NCBI GenBank assembly: GCA_043228905.1
Contig: JBHGNT010000003.1
Location: forward strand, 19,096,001 to 19,160,000
Origin: Azolla caroliniana
Taxonomy: Eukaryota; Plantae; Polypodiophyta
Reading direction: 5' to 3'
DNA length: 64,000 nt
Part shown: piece by piece, positions 63,270-64,000 of the stretch
How the letters are laid out: the number at the start of each line of letters is the position of its first letter
Numbering within the stretch: the stretch's first letter is position 1
Position numbers and translations under genes: made by a program
The notes under the pieces: model-generated
What the model was told of the DNA's origin: nothing
What the model saw: the letters and a program-made list of their open reading frames with translations, nothing else
Databases searched by the model: none

Positions 63270-64000
63270 TGTGGCGGGCAACGTGCGGACTGTCTGCGCC
63301 TTCCCTGAGTTCCTGCTTGTTGGTTCTCAATACTCCACAGTCCGGTACGTCTGTGTGTGTGGGTGTTGGCTTCCGCTACTTGTGAAGAGCCCGTGCGCTA
63401 GGTGATTCGTTGGCAGGTTTCCCTCCTTGGCGCGCAAGACCCAATTCGGTTCAGCGAGACCATGCATTCCCCTAAAGGTGGTTGGCGATAGGAGGTGGTC
63501 GTTCTGGAAGAGGCGTGCCCTGCACGAGGGTCCCGTCGCACGAACGAGCCTGGGAGCTCCCCGACCGGCACTAGGATGCAAGCTCCCTCTTCCTCTCCGT
63601 GTGGAACTGGCATCGCAGCGAGCGTCGCATATGTATGTGTGTGTGTGTGTTTCTGTTTAGTGTAGGGTCCGAGAGTGGGTACGTGTGTGATCGCCGATGT
63701 AGAGGTGCCGGTTGTAACCGTGTGTGTATATGTGTGTGTGCGTGTGCGCGGGCGAGGTTAACCAGGCCGTGTCCCGTGCCTCTTTTGGCCCCTTGTACAT
63801 ACGAGCGAAAAGGGGGCAGCAAGGACAAGGACGCGCTCTCTCACTTCCCGTGCGATTACCGGTCGCTTTCAGAGAGTATCCGGGATCGAACCAGCCGGCA
63901 ACGCAGCAAGCTCCAGAGGATTCAGGTTCCCGGCAACTCCTCCCCTCTTGGGCCATGACCCCGGTGATCCCGCCCAGATCCAACATGCAAGCGCGGATTA
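63270..64000. mobile_element. Start of a GC-rich insertion (probably an LTR) running off the window
   Basis: Abrupt TG-starting junction that breaks the protease frame; CpG-rich; no convincing ORF. Confidence 0.55.

Overview
AT-rich plant nuclear intergenic/heterochromatic DNA. The PLS-type PPR relics, Tcn1-like chromoviruses and LINE type suggest a fern or other seed-free plant, but that is inference. I found no intact host gene. The window is mostly nested, decaying transposons: a full-length Tcn1-like Gypsy (5190-11133) with a solo LTR in its YLDD motif; a Copia (14100-24747) containing a younger GC-rich Copia (16027-21613); a 5'-truncated L1-like LINE (30431-36997) containing a TIR element that contains a foldback palindrome; a second Tcn1-like Gypsy interrupted by a 4-bp-TSD Gypsy (41449-48632); and a multi-level nest at 50.7-64 kb (Gypsy > tandem-repeat non-autonomous LTR element > head-to-head Copia solo LTRs, plus an intron-containing hAT carrying a solo LTR). 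There are also two PPR pseudogene fragments. The most unusual signal is an LTR architecture shared, in whole or part, by several Tcn1-like families: an antisense tRNA-like (A-box/B-box) cassette at the outer U3 end, heat-shock-element arrays upstream of the TATA box, and Tf1-type self-priming complementarity instead of a tRNA PBS.
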